From positions 806,001-870,000 of the forward strand of contig OZ059894.1 in NCBI GenBank assembly GCA_964057225.1: a stretch of DNA of 64,000 nucleotides. The letters are read 5' to 3'. The stretch's first letter is position 1, and each line of letters opens with the position of its first letter. Under the pieces are notes generated by a model. That model saw only the letters and a program-made list of their open reading frames with translations, had not been told where the DNA came from and did not search any database. The DNA comes from Auanema rhodensis. Lineage: Eukaryota > Animalia > Nematoda. This document shows positions 28,501 to 42,769 of this stretch, piece by piece. A program made the position numbers and the translations under genes.

Positions 28501-31500
28501 GGGGAATCTAATTTTGAAAACCGCATCTCTTTATCTTTCACGTGAAGCGAGTTACATACCAAGTGCACATCACGTGTACATTTAATTAGCATAAATTAAA
28601 GTTCACGTAAATTTCAAAGTCATGGTTACCATGAACCAATATCAATAAAAATTTGTTTTTAGACTAATATGGACATGGGGAATCTAATTTTGAAAACCGC
28701 ATCTCTTTATCTTTCACGTGAAGCGAGTTACATACCAAGTGCACATCACGTGTACATTTAATTAGCATGAATTAAAGTTCACGTAAATTTCAAAGTCATG
28801 GTTACCATGAACCAATATCAATAAAAATTTGTTTTTAGACTAATATGGACATGGGGAATCTAATTTTGAAAACCGCATCTCTTTATCTTTCACGTGAAGC
28901 GAGTTACATACCAAGTGCACATCACGTGTACATTTAATTAGCATAAATTAAAGTTCACGTAAATTTCAAAGTCATGGTTACCATGAACCAATATCAATAA
29001 AAATTTGTTTTTAGACTAATATGGACATGGGGAATCTAATTTTGAAAACCGCATCTCTTCATCTTTCACGTGAAGCGAGTTACATACCAAGTGCACATCA
29101 CGTGTACATTCAATTAGCATAAATTAAAGTTCACGTAAATTTCAAACTCATGGTTACCATGCACCAATATCAATAAAAATTTGTTTTTAGACTAATATGG
29201 ACATGGGGAATCTAATTTTGAAAACCGCATCTCTTTATCTTTCACGTGAAGCGAGTTACATACCAAGTGCACATCACGTGTACATTTAATTAGCATAAAT
29301 TAAAGTTCACGTAAATTTCAAAATCATGGTTACCATGAATTAATATCAATAAAAATTTGTTTTTAGACTAATATGGACATGAGGATTCTAATTTTGAAAA
29401 CCGCATCTCTTTATCTTTCACGTGAAGCGAGTTACATACCAAGTGCACATCACGTGTACATTTAATTAGCATAAATTAAAGTTCACGTAAATTTCAAAAT
29501 CATGGTTACCATGAATTAATATCAATAAAAATTTGTTTTTAGACTAATATGGACATGAGGATTCTAATTTTGAAAACCGCATCTCTTTATCTTTCACGTG
29601 AAGCGAGTTACATACCAAGTGCACATCACGTGTACATTTAATTAGCATAAATTAAAGTTCACGTAAATTTTAAAGTCATGGTTACCATAAACCAATATCA
29701 ATAAAAATTTGTTTTCAGACCAATATGGACATGAAGAATCTAATTTTGAGAACCGCATCTCTTTATCTTTTACGTGAAGCGAGTTACATACCAAGTGCAC
29801 ATCACGTGTACATTTAATTAGCATAAATTAAAGTTCACGTAAATTTTAAAGTCATGGTTACCATGAACCAATATCAATAAAAATTTGTTTTTCGACTAAT
29901 ATGGACATGGGGAATCTAATTTTGAAAACCGCATCTCTTTATCTTTCACGTGAAGCGAGTTACATACCAAGTGCACATCACGTGTACATTTAATTAGCAT
30001 AAATTAAAGTTCACGTAAAATTTAAAGTCATGGTTACCATGAACCAATATCAATAAAAATTTGTTTTCAGACTAATATGGACATGGGGAATCTAATTTTG
30101 AAAACCGCATCTCTTTATCTTTCACGTGAAGCGAGTTACATACCAAGTGCACATCACGTGTACATTTAATTAGCATAAATTAAAGTTCACGTAAATTTCA
30201 AAGTCATGGTTACCATGCACCAATATCAATAAAAATTTGTTTTTAGACTAATATGGACATGGGGAATCTAATTTTGAAAACCGCATCTCTTTATCTTTCA
30301 CGTGAAGCGAGTTACATACCAAGTGCACATCACGTGTACATTTAATTAGCATAAATTAAAGTTCACGTAAATTTCAAAGTCATGGTTACCATGAACCAAT
30401 ATCAATAAAAATTTGTTTTTAGACTAATATGGACATGGGGAATCTAATTTTGAAAACCGCATCTCTTTATCTTTCACGTGAAGCGAGTTACATACCAAGT
30501 GCACATCACGTGTACATTTAATTAGCATGAATTAAAGTTCACGTAAATTTCAAAGTCATGGTTACCATGAACCAATATCAATAAAAATTTGTTTTTAGAC
30601 TAATATGGACATGGGGAATCTAATTTTGAAAACCGCATCTCTTTATCTTTCACGTGAAGCGAGTTACATACCAAGTGCACATCACGTGTACATTTAATTA
30701 GCATAAATTAAAGTTCACGTAAATTTCAAAGTCATGGTTACCATGAACCAATATCAATAAAAATTTGTTTTTAGACTAATATGGACATGGGGAATCTAAT
30801 TTTGAAAACCGCATCTCTTCATCTTTCACGTGAAGCGAGTTACATACCAAGTGCACATCACGTGTACATTCAATTAGCATAAATTAAAGTTCACGTAAAT
30901 TTCAAACTCATGGTTACCATGCACCAATATCAATAAAAATTTGTTTTTAGACTAATATGGACATGGGGAATCTAATTTTGAAAACCGCATCTCTTTATCT
31001 TTCACGTGAAGCGAGTTACATACCAAGTGCACATCACGTGTACATTTAATTAGCATAAATTAAAGTTCACGTAAATTTCAAAATCATGGTTACCATGAAT
31101 TAATATCAATAAAAATTTGTTTTTAGACTAATATGGACATGAGGATTCTAATTTTGAAAACCGCATCTCTTTATCTTTCACGTGAAGCGAGTTACATACC
31201 AAGTGCACATCACGTGTACATTTAATTAGCATAAATTAAAGTTCACGTAAATTTTAAAGTCATGGTTACCATAAACCAATATCAATAAAAATTTGTTTTC
31301 AGACCAATATGGACATGAAGAATCTAATTTTGAGAACCGCATCTCTTTATCTTTTACGTGAAGCGAGTTACATACCAAGTGCACATCACGTGTACATTTA
31401 ATTAGCATAAATTAAAGTTCACGTAAATTTTAAAGTCATGGTTACCATGAACCAATATCAATAAAAATTTGTTTTTCGACTAATATGGACATGGGGAATC

Positions 31501-31681
31501 TAATTTTGAAAACCGCATCTCTTTATCTTTCACGTGAAGCGAGTTACATACCAAGTGCACATCACGTGTACATTTAATTAGCATAAATTAAAGTTCACGT
31601 AAAATTTAAAGTCATGGTTACCATGAACCAATATCAATAAAAATTTGTTTTCAGACTAATATGGACATGGGGAATCTAATT
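22530..31681 (+). repeat. Tandem duplication of a 26-monomer (4576 bp) unit built from a 9-mer higher-order repeat
   Basis: The diagnostic monomer, marked by the ORF track, is at 23306, 25066, 26650, 27882, 29642 and 31226. Spacings are 10, 9, 7, 10, 9 monomers, and the offset 27882-23306 is 4576. Confidence 0.9.
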
Positions 31682-34600
31682 TTGAAAACCGCATCTCTTT
31701 ATCTTTCACGTGAAGCGAGTTACATACCAAGTGCACATCACGTGTACATTTAATTAGCATAAATTAAAGTTCACGTAAATTTCAAAGTCATGGTTACCAT
31801 GCACCAATATCAATAAAAATTTGTTTTTAGACTAATATGGACATGGGGAATCTAATTTTGAAAACCGCATCTCTTTATCTTTCACGTGAAGCGAGTTACA
31901 TACCAAGTGCACATCACGTGTACATTTAATTAGCATAAATTAAAGTTCACGTAAATTTCAAAGTCATGGTTACCATGAACCAATATCAATAAAAATTTGT
32001 TTTCAGACTAATATGGACATGGGGAATCTAATTTTGAAAACCGCATCTCTTTATCTTTCACGTGAAGCGAGTTACATACCAAGTGCACATCACGTGTACA
32101 TTTAATTAGCATAAATTAAAGTTCACGTAAATTTCAAAGTCATGGTTACCATGCACCAATATCAATAAAAATTTGTTTTTAGACTAATATGGACATGGGG
32201 AATCTAATTTTGAAAACCGCATCTCTTTATCTTTCACGTGAAGCGAGTTACATACCAAGTGCACATCACGTGTACATTTAATTAGCATAAATTAAAGTTC
32301 ACGTAAATTTCAAAGTCATGGTTACCATGAACCAATATCAATAAAAATTTGTTTTTAGACTAATATGGACATGGGGAATCTAATTTTGAAAACCGCATCT
32401 CTTTATCTTTCACGTGAAGCGAGTTACATACCAAGTGCACATCACGTGTACATTTAATTAGCATAAATTAAAGTTCACGTAAATTTCAAACTCATGGTTA
32501 CCATGCACCAATATCAAAAAAAATTTGTTTTTAGACTAATATGGACATGGGGAATCTAATTTTGAAAACCGCATCTCTTTATCTTTCACGTGAAGCGAGT
32601 TACATACCAAGTGCACATCACGTGTACATTTAATTAGCATAAATTAAAGTTCACGTAATTTTCAAAGACATGGTTACCATGAACCAATATCAATAAAAAT
32701 TTGTTTTTAGACTAATATGGACATGGGGAATCTAATTTTGAAAACCGCATCTCTTTATCTTTCACGTGAAGCGAGTTACATACCAAGTGCACATCACGTG
32801 TACATTTAATTAGCATAAATTAAAGTTCACGTAAATTTCAAAATCATGGTTACCATGAATTAATATCAATAAAAATTTGTTTTTAGACTAATATGGACAT
32901 GAGGATTCTAATTTTGAAAACCGCATCTCTTTATCTTTCACGTGAAGCGAGTTACATACCAAGTGCACATCACGTGTACATTTAATTAGAATAAATTAAA
33001 GTTCACGTAAATTTCAAACTCATGGTTACCATGCACCAATATCAATAAAAATTTGTTTTTAGACTAATATGGACATGGGGAATCTAATTTTGGAAACCGC
33101 ATCTCTTTATCTTTCACGTGAAGCGAGTTACATACCAAGTGCACATCACGTGTACATTTAATTAGCATAAATTAAAGTTCACGTAATTTTCAAAGACATG
33201 GTTACCATGAACCAATATCAATAAAAATTTGTTTTTAGACTAATATGGACATGGGGAATCTAATTTTGAAAACCGCATCTCTTTATCTTTCACGTGAAGC
33301 GAGTTACATACCAAGTGCACATCACGTGTACATTTAATTAGCATAAATTAAAGTTCACGTAAATTTCAAAATCATGGTTACCATGAATTAATATCAATAA
33401 AAATTTGTTTTCAGACTAATATGGACATGAGGATTCTAATTTTGAAAACCGCATCTCTTTATCTTTCACGTGAAGCGAGTTACATACCAAGTGCACATCA
33501 CGTGTACATTTAATTAGCATAAATTAAAGTTCACGTAAATTTCAAAGTCATGGTTACCATGAACCAATATCAATAAAAATTTGTTTTTCGACTAATATGG
33601 ACATGGGGAATCTAATTTTGAAAACCGCATCTCTTTATCTTTCACGTGAAGCGAGTTACATACCAAGTGCACATCACGTGTACATTTAATTAGCATAAAT
33701 TAAAGTTCACGTAAATTTTAAAGTCATGGTTACCATAAACCAACATCAATAAAAATTTGTTTTCAGACTAATATGGACATGGGGAATCTAATTTTGAAAA
33801 CCGCATCTCTTTATCTTTCACGTGAAGCGAGTTACATACCAAGTGCACATCACGTGTACATTTAATTAGCATAAATTAAAGTTCACGTAAATTTTAAAGT
33901 CATGGTTACCATGAACCAATATCAATAAAAATTTGTTTTTCGACTAATATGGACATGGGGAATCTAATTTTGAAAACCGCATCTCTTTATCTTTCACGTG
34001 AAGCGAGTTACATACCAAGTGCACATCACGTGTACATTTAATTAGCATAAATTAAAGTTCACGTAAAATTTAAAGTCATGGTTACCATGAACCAATATCA
34101 ATAAAAATTTGTTTTCAGACTAATATGGACATGGGGAATCTAATTTTGAAAACCGCATCTCTTTATCTTTCACGTGAAGCGAGTTACATACCAAGTGCAC
34201 ATCACGTGTACATTTAATTAGCATAAATTAAAGTTCACGTAAATTTCAAAGTCATGGTTACCATGAACCAATATCAATAAAAATTTGTTTTTAGACTAAT
34301 ATGGACATGGGGAATCTAATTTTGAAAACCGCATCTCTTTATCTTTCACGTGAAGCGAGTTACATACCAAGTGCACATCACGTGTACATTTAATTAGCAT
34401 AAATTAAAGTTCACGTAAATTTCAAACTCATGGTTACCATGCACCAATATCAATAAAAATTTGTTTTTAGACTAATATGGACATGGGGAATCTAATTTTG
34501 AAAACCGCATCTCTTTATCTTTCACGTGAAGCGAGTTACATACCAAGTGCACATCACGTGTACATTTAATTAGCATAAATTAAAGTTCACGTAAATTTCA

Positions 34601-36257
34601 AAGTCATGGTTACCATGCACCAATATCAATAAAAATTTGTTTTTAGACTAATATGGACATGGGAAATCTAATTTTGGAAACCGCATCTCTTTATCTTTCA
34701 CGTGAAGCGAGTTACATACCAAGTGCACATCACGTGTACATTTAATTAGCATAAATTAAAGTTCACGTAATTTTCAAAGACATGGTTACCATGAACCAAT
34801 ATCAATAAAAATTTGTTTTTAGACTAATATGGACATGGGGAATCTAATTTTGAAAACCGCATCTCTTTATCTTTCACGTGAAGCGAGTTACATACCAAGT
34901 GCACATCACGTGTACATTTAATTAGCATAAATTAAAGTTCACGTAAATTTCAAAATCATGGTTACCATGAATTAATATCAATAAAAATTTGTTTTTAGAC
35001 TAATATGGACATGAGGATCCTAATTTTGAAAACCGCATCTCTTTATCTTTCACGTGAAGCGAGTTACATACCAAGTGCACATCACGTGTACATTTAATTA
35101 GCATAAATTAAAGTTCACATAAATTTCAAAGTCATGGTTACCATGAACCAATATCAATAAAAATTTGTTTTTAGACTAATATGGACATGGGGAATCTAAT
35201 TTTGAAAACCGCATCTCTTTATCTTTCACGTGAAGCGAGTTACATACCAAGTGCACATCACGTGTACATTTAATTAGCATAAATTAAAGTTCACGTAAAT
35301 TTCAAAGTCATGGTTACCATAAACCAATATCAATAAAAATTTGTTTTTCGACTAATATGGACATGGGGAATCTAATTTTGAAAACCGCATCTCTTTATCT
35401 TTCACGTGAAGCGAGAGACATACCAAGTGCACATCACGTGTACATTTAATTAGCATAAATTAAAGTTCACGTAAATTTTAAAGTCATGGTTACCATAAAC
35501 CAATATCAATAAAAATTTGTTTTCAGACTAATATGGACATGGGGAATCTAATTTTGAAAACCGCATCTCTTTATCTTTCACGTGAAGCGAGTTACATACC
35601 AAGTGCACATCACGTGTACATTTAATTAGCATAAATTAAAGTTCACGTAAATTTTAAAGTCATGGTTACCATGAACCAATATCAATAAAAATTTGTTTTT
35701 CGACTAATATGGACATGGGGAATCTAATTTTGAAAACCGCATCTCTTTATCTTTCACGTGAAGCGAGTTACATACCAAGTGCACATCACGTGTACATTTA
35801 ATTAGCATAAATTAAAGTTCACGTAAATTTTAAAGTCATGGTTACCATGAACCAATATCAATAAAAATTTGTTTTTCGACTAATATGGACATGGGGAATC
35901 TAATTTTGAAAACCGCATCTCTTTATCTTTCACGTGAAGCGAGAGACATACCAAGTGCACATCACGTGTACATTTAATTAGCATAAATTAAAGTTCACGT
36001 AAATTTTAAAGTCATGGTTACCATAAACCAATATCAATAAAAATTTGTTTTCAGACTAATATGGACATGGGGAATCTAATTTTGAAAACCGCATCTCTTT
36101 ATCTTTCACGTGAAGCGAGTTACATACCAAGTGCACATCACGTGTACATTTAATTAGCATAAATTAAAGTTCACGTAAAATTTAAAGTCATGGTTACCAT
36201 GAACCAATATCAATAAAAATTTGTTTTCAGACTAATATGGACATGGGGAATCTAATT

Positions 36258-38017
36258 TTGAAAACCGCATCTCTTTATCTTTCACGTGAAGCGAGTTACA
36301 TACCAAGTGCACATCACGTGTACATTTAATTAGCATAAATTAAAGTTCACGTAAATATCAAAGTCATGGTTACCATGCACCAATATCAATAAAAATTTGT
36401 TTTTAGACTAATATGGACATGGGGAATCTAATTTTGAAAACCGCATCTCTTTATCTTTCACGTGAAGCGAGTTACATACCAAGTGCACATCACGTGTACA
36501 TTTAATTAGCATAAATTAAAGTTCACGTAAATTTCAAAGTCATGGTTACCATGAACCAATATCAATAATAATTGGTTTTTAGACTAATATGGACATGGGG
36601 AATCTAATTTTGAAAACCGCATCTCTTTATCTTTCACGTGAAGCGAGTTACATACCAAGTGCACATCACGTGTACATTTAATTAGCATAAATTAAAGTTC
36701 ACGTAAATTTCAAAATCATGGTTACCATGAATTAATATCAATAAAAATTTGTTTTTAGACTAATATGGACATGAGGATTCTAATTTTGAAAACCGCATCT
36801 CTTTATCTTTCACGTGAAGCGAGTTACATACCAAGTGCACATCACGTGTACATTTAATTAGCATAAATTAAAGTTCACGTAAATTTCAAAGTCATGGTTA
36901 CCATGAACCAAAATCAATAAAAATTTTTTTTTCGACTAATATGGACATGGGGAATCTAATTTTGAAAACCGCATCTCTTTATCTTTCACGTGAAGCGAGT
37001 TACATACCAAGTGCACATCACGTGTACATATAATTAGCATAAATTAAAGTTCACGTAAATTTTAAAGTCATGGTTACCATGAACCAATATCAATAAAAAT
37101 TTGTTTTCAGACTAATATGGACATGGGGAATCTAATTTTGAAAACCGCATCTCTTTATCTTTCACGTGAAGCGAGTTACATACCAAGTGCACATCACGTG
37201 TACATTTAATTAGCATAAATTAAAGTTCACGTAAATATCAAAGTCATGGTTACCATGCACCAATATCAATAAAAATTTGTTTTTAGACTAATATGGACAT
37301 GGGGAATCTAATTTTGAAAACCGCATCTCTTTATCTTTCACGTGAAGCGAGTTACATACCAAGTGCACATCACGTGTACATTTAATTAGCATAAATTAAA
37401 GTTCACGTAAATTTCAAAGTCATGGTTACCATGAACCAATATCAATAATAATTGGTTTTTAGACTAATATGGACATGGGGAATCTAATTTTGAAAACCGC
37501 ATCTCTTTATCTTTCACGTGAAGCGAGTTACATACCAAGTGCACATCACGTGTACATTTAATTAGCATAAATTAAAGTTCACGTAAATTTCAAAATCATG
37601 GTTACCATGAATTAATATCAATAAAAATTTGTTTTTAGACTAATATGGACATGAGGATTCTAATTTTGAAAACCGCATCTCTTTATCTTTCACGTGAAGC
37701 GAGTTACATACCAAGTGCACATCACGTGTACATTTAATTAGCATAAATTAAAGTTCACGTAAATTTCAAAGTCATGGTTACCATGAACCAATATCAATAA
37801 AAATTTTTTTTTCGACTAATATGGACATGGGGAATCTAATTTTGAAAACCGCATCTCTTTATCTTTCACGTGAAGCGAGTTACATACCAAGTGCACATCA
37901 CGTGTACATATAATTAGCATAAATTAAAGTTCACGTAAATTTTAAAGTCATGGTTACCATGAACCAATATCAATAAAAATTTGTTTTCAGACTAATATGG
38001 ACATGGGGAATCTAATT
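36258..38017 (+). repeat. Tandem duplication of a 5-monomer (880 bp) unit
   Basis: The series aaatatca, aataataattgg, gaatt/gaggattc, T9-cgac, acatata occurs from 36258 and again from 37138. Confidence 0.85.
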
Positions 38018-41000
38018 TTGAAAACCGCATCTCTTTATCTTTCACGTGAAGCGAGTTACATACCAAGTGCACATCACGTGTACATTTATATAGCATAAAT
38101 TAAAGTTCACGTAAATTTTAAAGTCATGGTTACCATGAACCAATATCAATAAAAATTTGTTTTCAGACTAATATGGAGATGGGGAATCTAATTTTGAAAA
38201 CCGCATCTCTTTATCTTTCACGTGAAGCGAGTTACATACCAAGTGCACATCACGTGTACATTTAATTAGCATAAATTAAAGTTCACGTAAATTTCAAAGT
38301 CATGGTTACCATGAACCAATATCAATAAAAATTTGTTTTTAGACTAATATGGACATGGGGAATCTAATTTTGAAAACCGCATCTCTTTATCTTTCACGTG
38401 AAGCGAGTTACATACCAAGTGCACATCACGTGTACATTTAATTAGCATAAATTAAAGTTCACGTAAATTTCAAAGTCATGGTTACCATGAACCAATATCA
38501 ATAAAAATTTGTTTTTAGACTAATATGGACATGGGAAATCTAATGTTGAAAACCGCATCTCTTTATCTTTCACGTGAAGCGAGTTACATACCAAGTGCAC
38601 ATCACGTGTACATTTAATTAGCATAAATTAAAGTTCACGTAAATTTCAAAGTCATGGTTACCATGCACCAATATCAATAAAAATTTGTTTTTAGACCAAT
38701 ATGGACATGGGGAATCTAATTTTGAAAACCGCATCTCTTTATCTTTCACGTGAAGCGAGTTACATACCAAGTGCACATCACGTGTACATTTAATTAGCAT
38801 AAATTAAAGTTCACGTAAATTTCAAAGTCATGGTTACCATGCACCAATATCAATAAAAATTTGTTTTTAGACTAATATGGACATGGGGAATCTAATTTTG
38901 AAAACCGCATCTCTTTATCTTTCACGTGAAGCGAGTTACATACCAAGTGCACATCACGTGTACATTTATTTAGCATAAATTAAAGTTCACGTAAATTTCA
39001 AAATCATGGTTACCATGAATTAATATCAATAAAAATTTGTTTTTAGACTAATATGGACATGGGGAATCTAATTTTGAAAACCGCATCTCTTTATCTTTCA
39101 CGTGAAGCGAGTTACATACCAAGTGCACATCACGTGTACATTTAATTAGCATAAATTAAAGTTCACGTAAAATTTAAAGTCATGGTTACCATGAACCAAT
39201 ATCAATAAAAATTTGTTTTCAGACTAATATGGACATGGGGAATCTAATTTTGAAAACCGCATCTCTTTATCTTTCACGTGAAGCGAGTTACATACCAAGT
39301 GCACATCACGTGTACATTTAATTAGCATAAATTAAAGTTCACGTAAATATCAAAGTCATGGTTACCATGCACCAATATCAATAAAAATTTGTTTTTAGAC
39401 TAATATGGACATGGGGAATCTAATTTTGAAAACCGCATCTCTTTATCTTTCACGTGAAGCGAGTTACATACCAAGTGCACATCACGTGTACATTTAATTA
39501 GCATAAATTAAAGTTCACGTAATTTTCAAAGACATGGTTACCATGAACCAATATCAATAAAAATTTGTTTTTAGACTAATATGGACATGGGGAATCTAAT
39601 TTTGAAAACCGCATCTCTTTATCTTTCACGTGAAGCGAGTTACATACCAAGTGCACATCACGTGTACATTTAATTAGCATAAATTAAAGTTCACGTAAAT
39701 TTCAAAATCATGGTTACCATGAATTAATATCAATAAAAATTTGTTTTTAGACTAATATGGACATGAGGATCCTAATTTTGAAAACCGCATCTCTTTATCT
39801 TTCACGTGAAGCGAGTTACATACCAAGTGCACATCACGTGTACATTTAATTAGCATAAATTAAAGTTCACATAAATTTCAAAGTCATGGTTACCATGAAC
39901 CAATATCAATAAAAATTTGTTTTTAGACTAATATGGACATGGGGAATCTAATTTTGAAAACCGCATCTCTTTATCTTTCACGTGAAGCGAGTTACATACC
40001 AAGTGCACATCACGTGTACATTTAATTAGCATAAATTAAAGTTCACGTAAATTTCAAAGTCATGGTTACCATAAACCAATATCAATAAAAATTTGTTTTT
40101 CGACTAATATGGACATGGGGAATCTAATTTTGAAAACCGCATCTCTTTATCTTTCACGTGAAGCGAGTTACATACCAAGTGCACATCACGTGTACATTTA
40201 ATTAGCATAAATTAAAGTTCACGTAAATTTTAAAGTCATGGTTACCATGAACCAATATCAATAAAAATTTGTTTTCAGACTAATATGGACATGGGGAATC
40301 TAATTTTGAAAACCGCATCTCTTTATCTTTCACGTGAAGCGAGTTACATACCAAGTGCACATCACGTGTACATTTATATAGCATAAATTAAAGTTCACGT
40401 AAATTTTAAAGTCATGGTTACCATGAACCAATATCAATAAAAATTTGTTTTCAGACTAATATGGAGATGGGGAATCTAATTTTGAAAACCGCATCTCTTT
40501 ATCTTTCACGTGAAGCGAGTTACATACCAAGTGCACATCACGTGTACATTTAATTAGCATAAATTAAAGTTCACGTAAATTTCAAAGTCATGGTTACCAT
40601 GAACCAATATCAATAAAAATTTGTTTTTAGACTAATATGGACATGGGGAATCTAATTTTGAAAACCGCATCTCTTTATCTTTCACGTGAAGCGAGTTACA
40701 TACCAAGTGCACATCACGTGTACATTTAATTAGCATAAATTAAAGTTCACGTAAATTTCAAAGTCATGGTTACCATGAACCAATATCAATAAAAATTTGT
40801 TTTTAGACTAATATGGACATGGGAAATCTAATGTTGAAAACCGCATCTCTTTATCTTTCACGTGAAGCGAGTTACATACCAAGTGCACATCACGTGTACA
40901 TTTAATTAGCATAAATTAAAGTTCACGTAAATTTCAAAGTCATGGTTACCATGCACCAATATCAATAAAAATTTGTTTTTAGACCAATATGGACATGGGG

Positions 41001-42593
41001 AATCTAATTTTGAAAACCGCATCTCTTTATCTTTCACGTGAAGCGAGTTACATACCAAGTGCACATCACGTGTACATTTAATTAGCATAAATTAAAGTTC
41101 ACGTAAATTTCAAAGTCATGGTTACCATGCACCAATATCAATAAAAATTTGTTTTTAGACTAATATGGACATGGGGAATCTAATTTTGAAAACCGCATCT
41201 CTTTATCTTTCACGTGAAGCGAGTTACATACCAAGTGCACATCACGTGTACATTTATTTAGCATAAATTAAAGTTCACGTAAATTTCAAAATCATGGTTA
41301 CCATGAATTAATATCAATAAAAATTTGTTTTTAGACTAATATGGACATGGGGAATCTAATTTTGAAAACCGCATCTCTTTATCTTTCACGTGAAGCGAGT
41401 TACATACCAAGTGCACATCACGTGTACATTTAATTAGCATAAATTAAAGTTCACGTAAAATTTAAAGTCATGGTTACCATGAACCAATATCAATAAAAAT
41501 TTGTTTTCAGACTAATATGGACATGGGGAATCTAATTTTGAAAACCGCATCTCTTTATCTTTCACGTGAAGCGAGTTACATACCAAGTGCACATCACGTG
41601 TACATTTAATTAGCATAAATTAAAGTTCACGTAAATATCAAAGTCATGGTTACCATGCACCAATATCAATAAAAATTTGTTTTTAGACTAATATGGACAT
41701 GGGGAATCTAATTTTGAAAACCGCATCTCTTTATCTTTCACGTGAAGCGAGTTACATACCAAGTGCACATCACGTGTACATTTAATTAGCATAAATTAAA
41801 GTTCACGTAATTTTCAAAGACATGGTTACCATGAACCAATATCAATAAAAATTTGTTTTTAGACTAATATGGACATGGGGAATCTAATTTTGAAAACCGC
41901 ATCTCTTTATCTTTCACGTGAAGCGAGTTACATACCAAGTGCACATCACGTGTACATTTAATTAGCATAAATTAAAGTTCACGTAAATTTCAAAATCATG
42001 GTTACCATGAATTAATATCAATAAAAATTTGTTTTTAGACTAATATGGACATGAGGATCCTAATTTTGAAAACCGCATCTCTTTATCTTTCACGTGAAGC
42101 GAGTTACATACCAAGTGCACATCACGTGTACATTTAATTAGCATAAATTAAAGTTCACATAAATTTCAAAGTCATGGTTACCATGAACCAATATCAATAA
42201 AAATTTGTTTTTAGACTAATATGGACATGGGGAATCTAATTTTGAAAACCGCATCTCTTTATCTTTCACGTGAAGCGAGTTACATACCAAGTGCACATCA
42301 CGTGTACATTTAATTAGCATAAATTAAAGTTCACGTAAATTTCAAAGTCATGGTTACCATAAACCAATATCAATAAAAATTTGTTTTTCGACTAATATGG
42401 ACATGGGGAATCTAATTTTGAAAACCGCATCTCTTTATCTTTCACGTGAAGCGAGTTACATACCAAGTGCACATCACGTGTACATTTAATTAGCATAAAT
42501 TAAAGTTCACGTAAATTTTAAAGTCATGGTTACCATGAACCAATATCAATAAAAATTTGTTTTCAGACTAATATGGACATGGGGAATCTAATT
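38018..42593 (+). repeat. Tandem duplication of a 13-monomer (2288 bp) unit, different from the 16-20 kb one
   Basis: ORF markers at 38618 and 40906, ggatcc at 39767 and 42055. Both offsets are 2288. Confidence 0.88.
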
Positions 42594-42769
42594 TTGAAAA
42601 CCGCATCTCTTTATCTTTCACGTGAAGCGAGTTACATACCAAGTGCACATCACGTGTACATTTAATTAGCATAAATTAAAGTTCACGTAAATTTTAAAGT
42701 CATGGTTACCATGAACCAATATCAATAAAAATTTGTTTTTCGACTAATATGGACATGAAGAATCTAATT

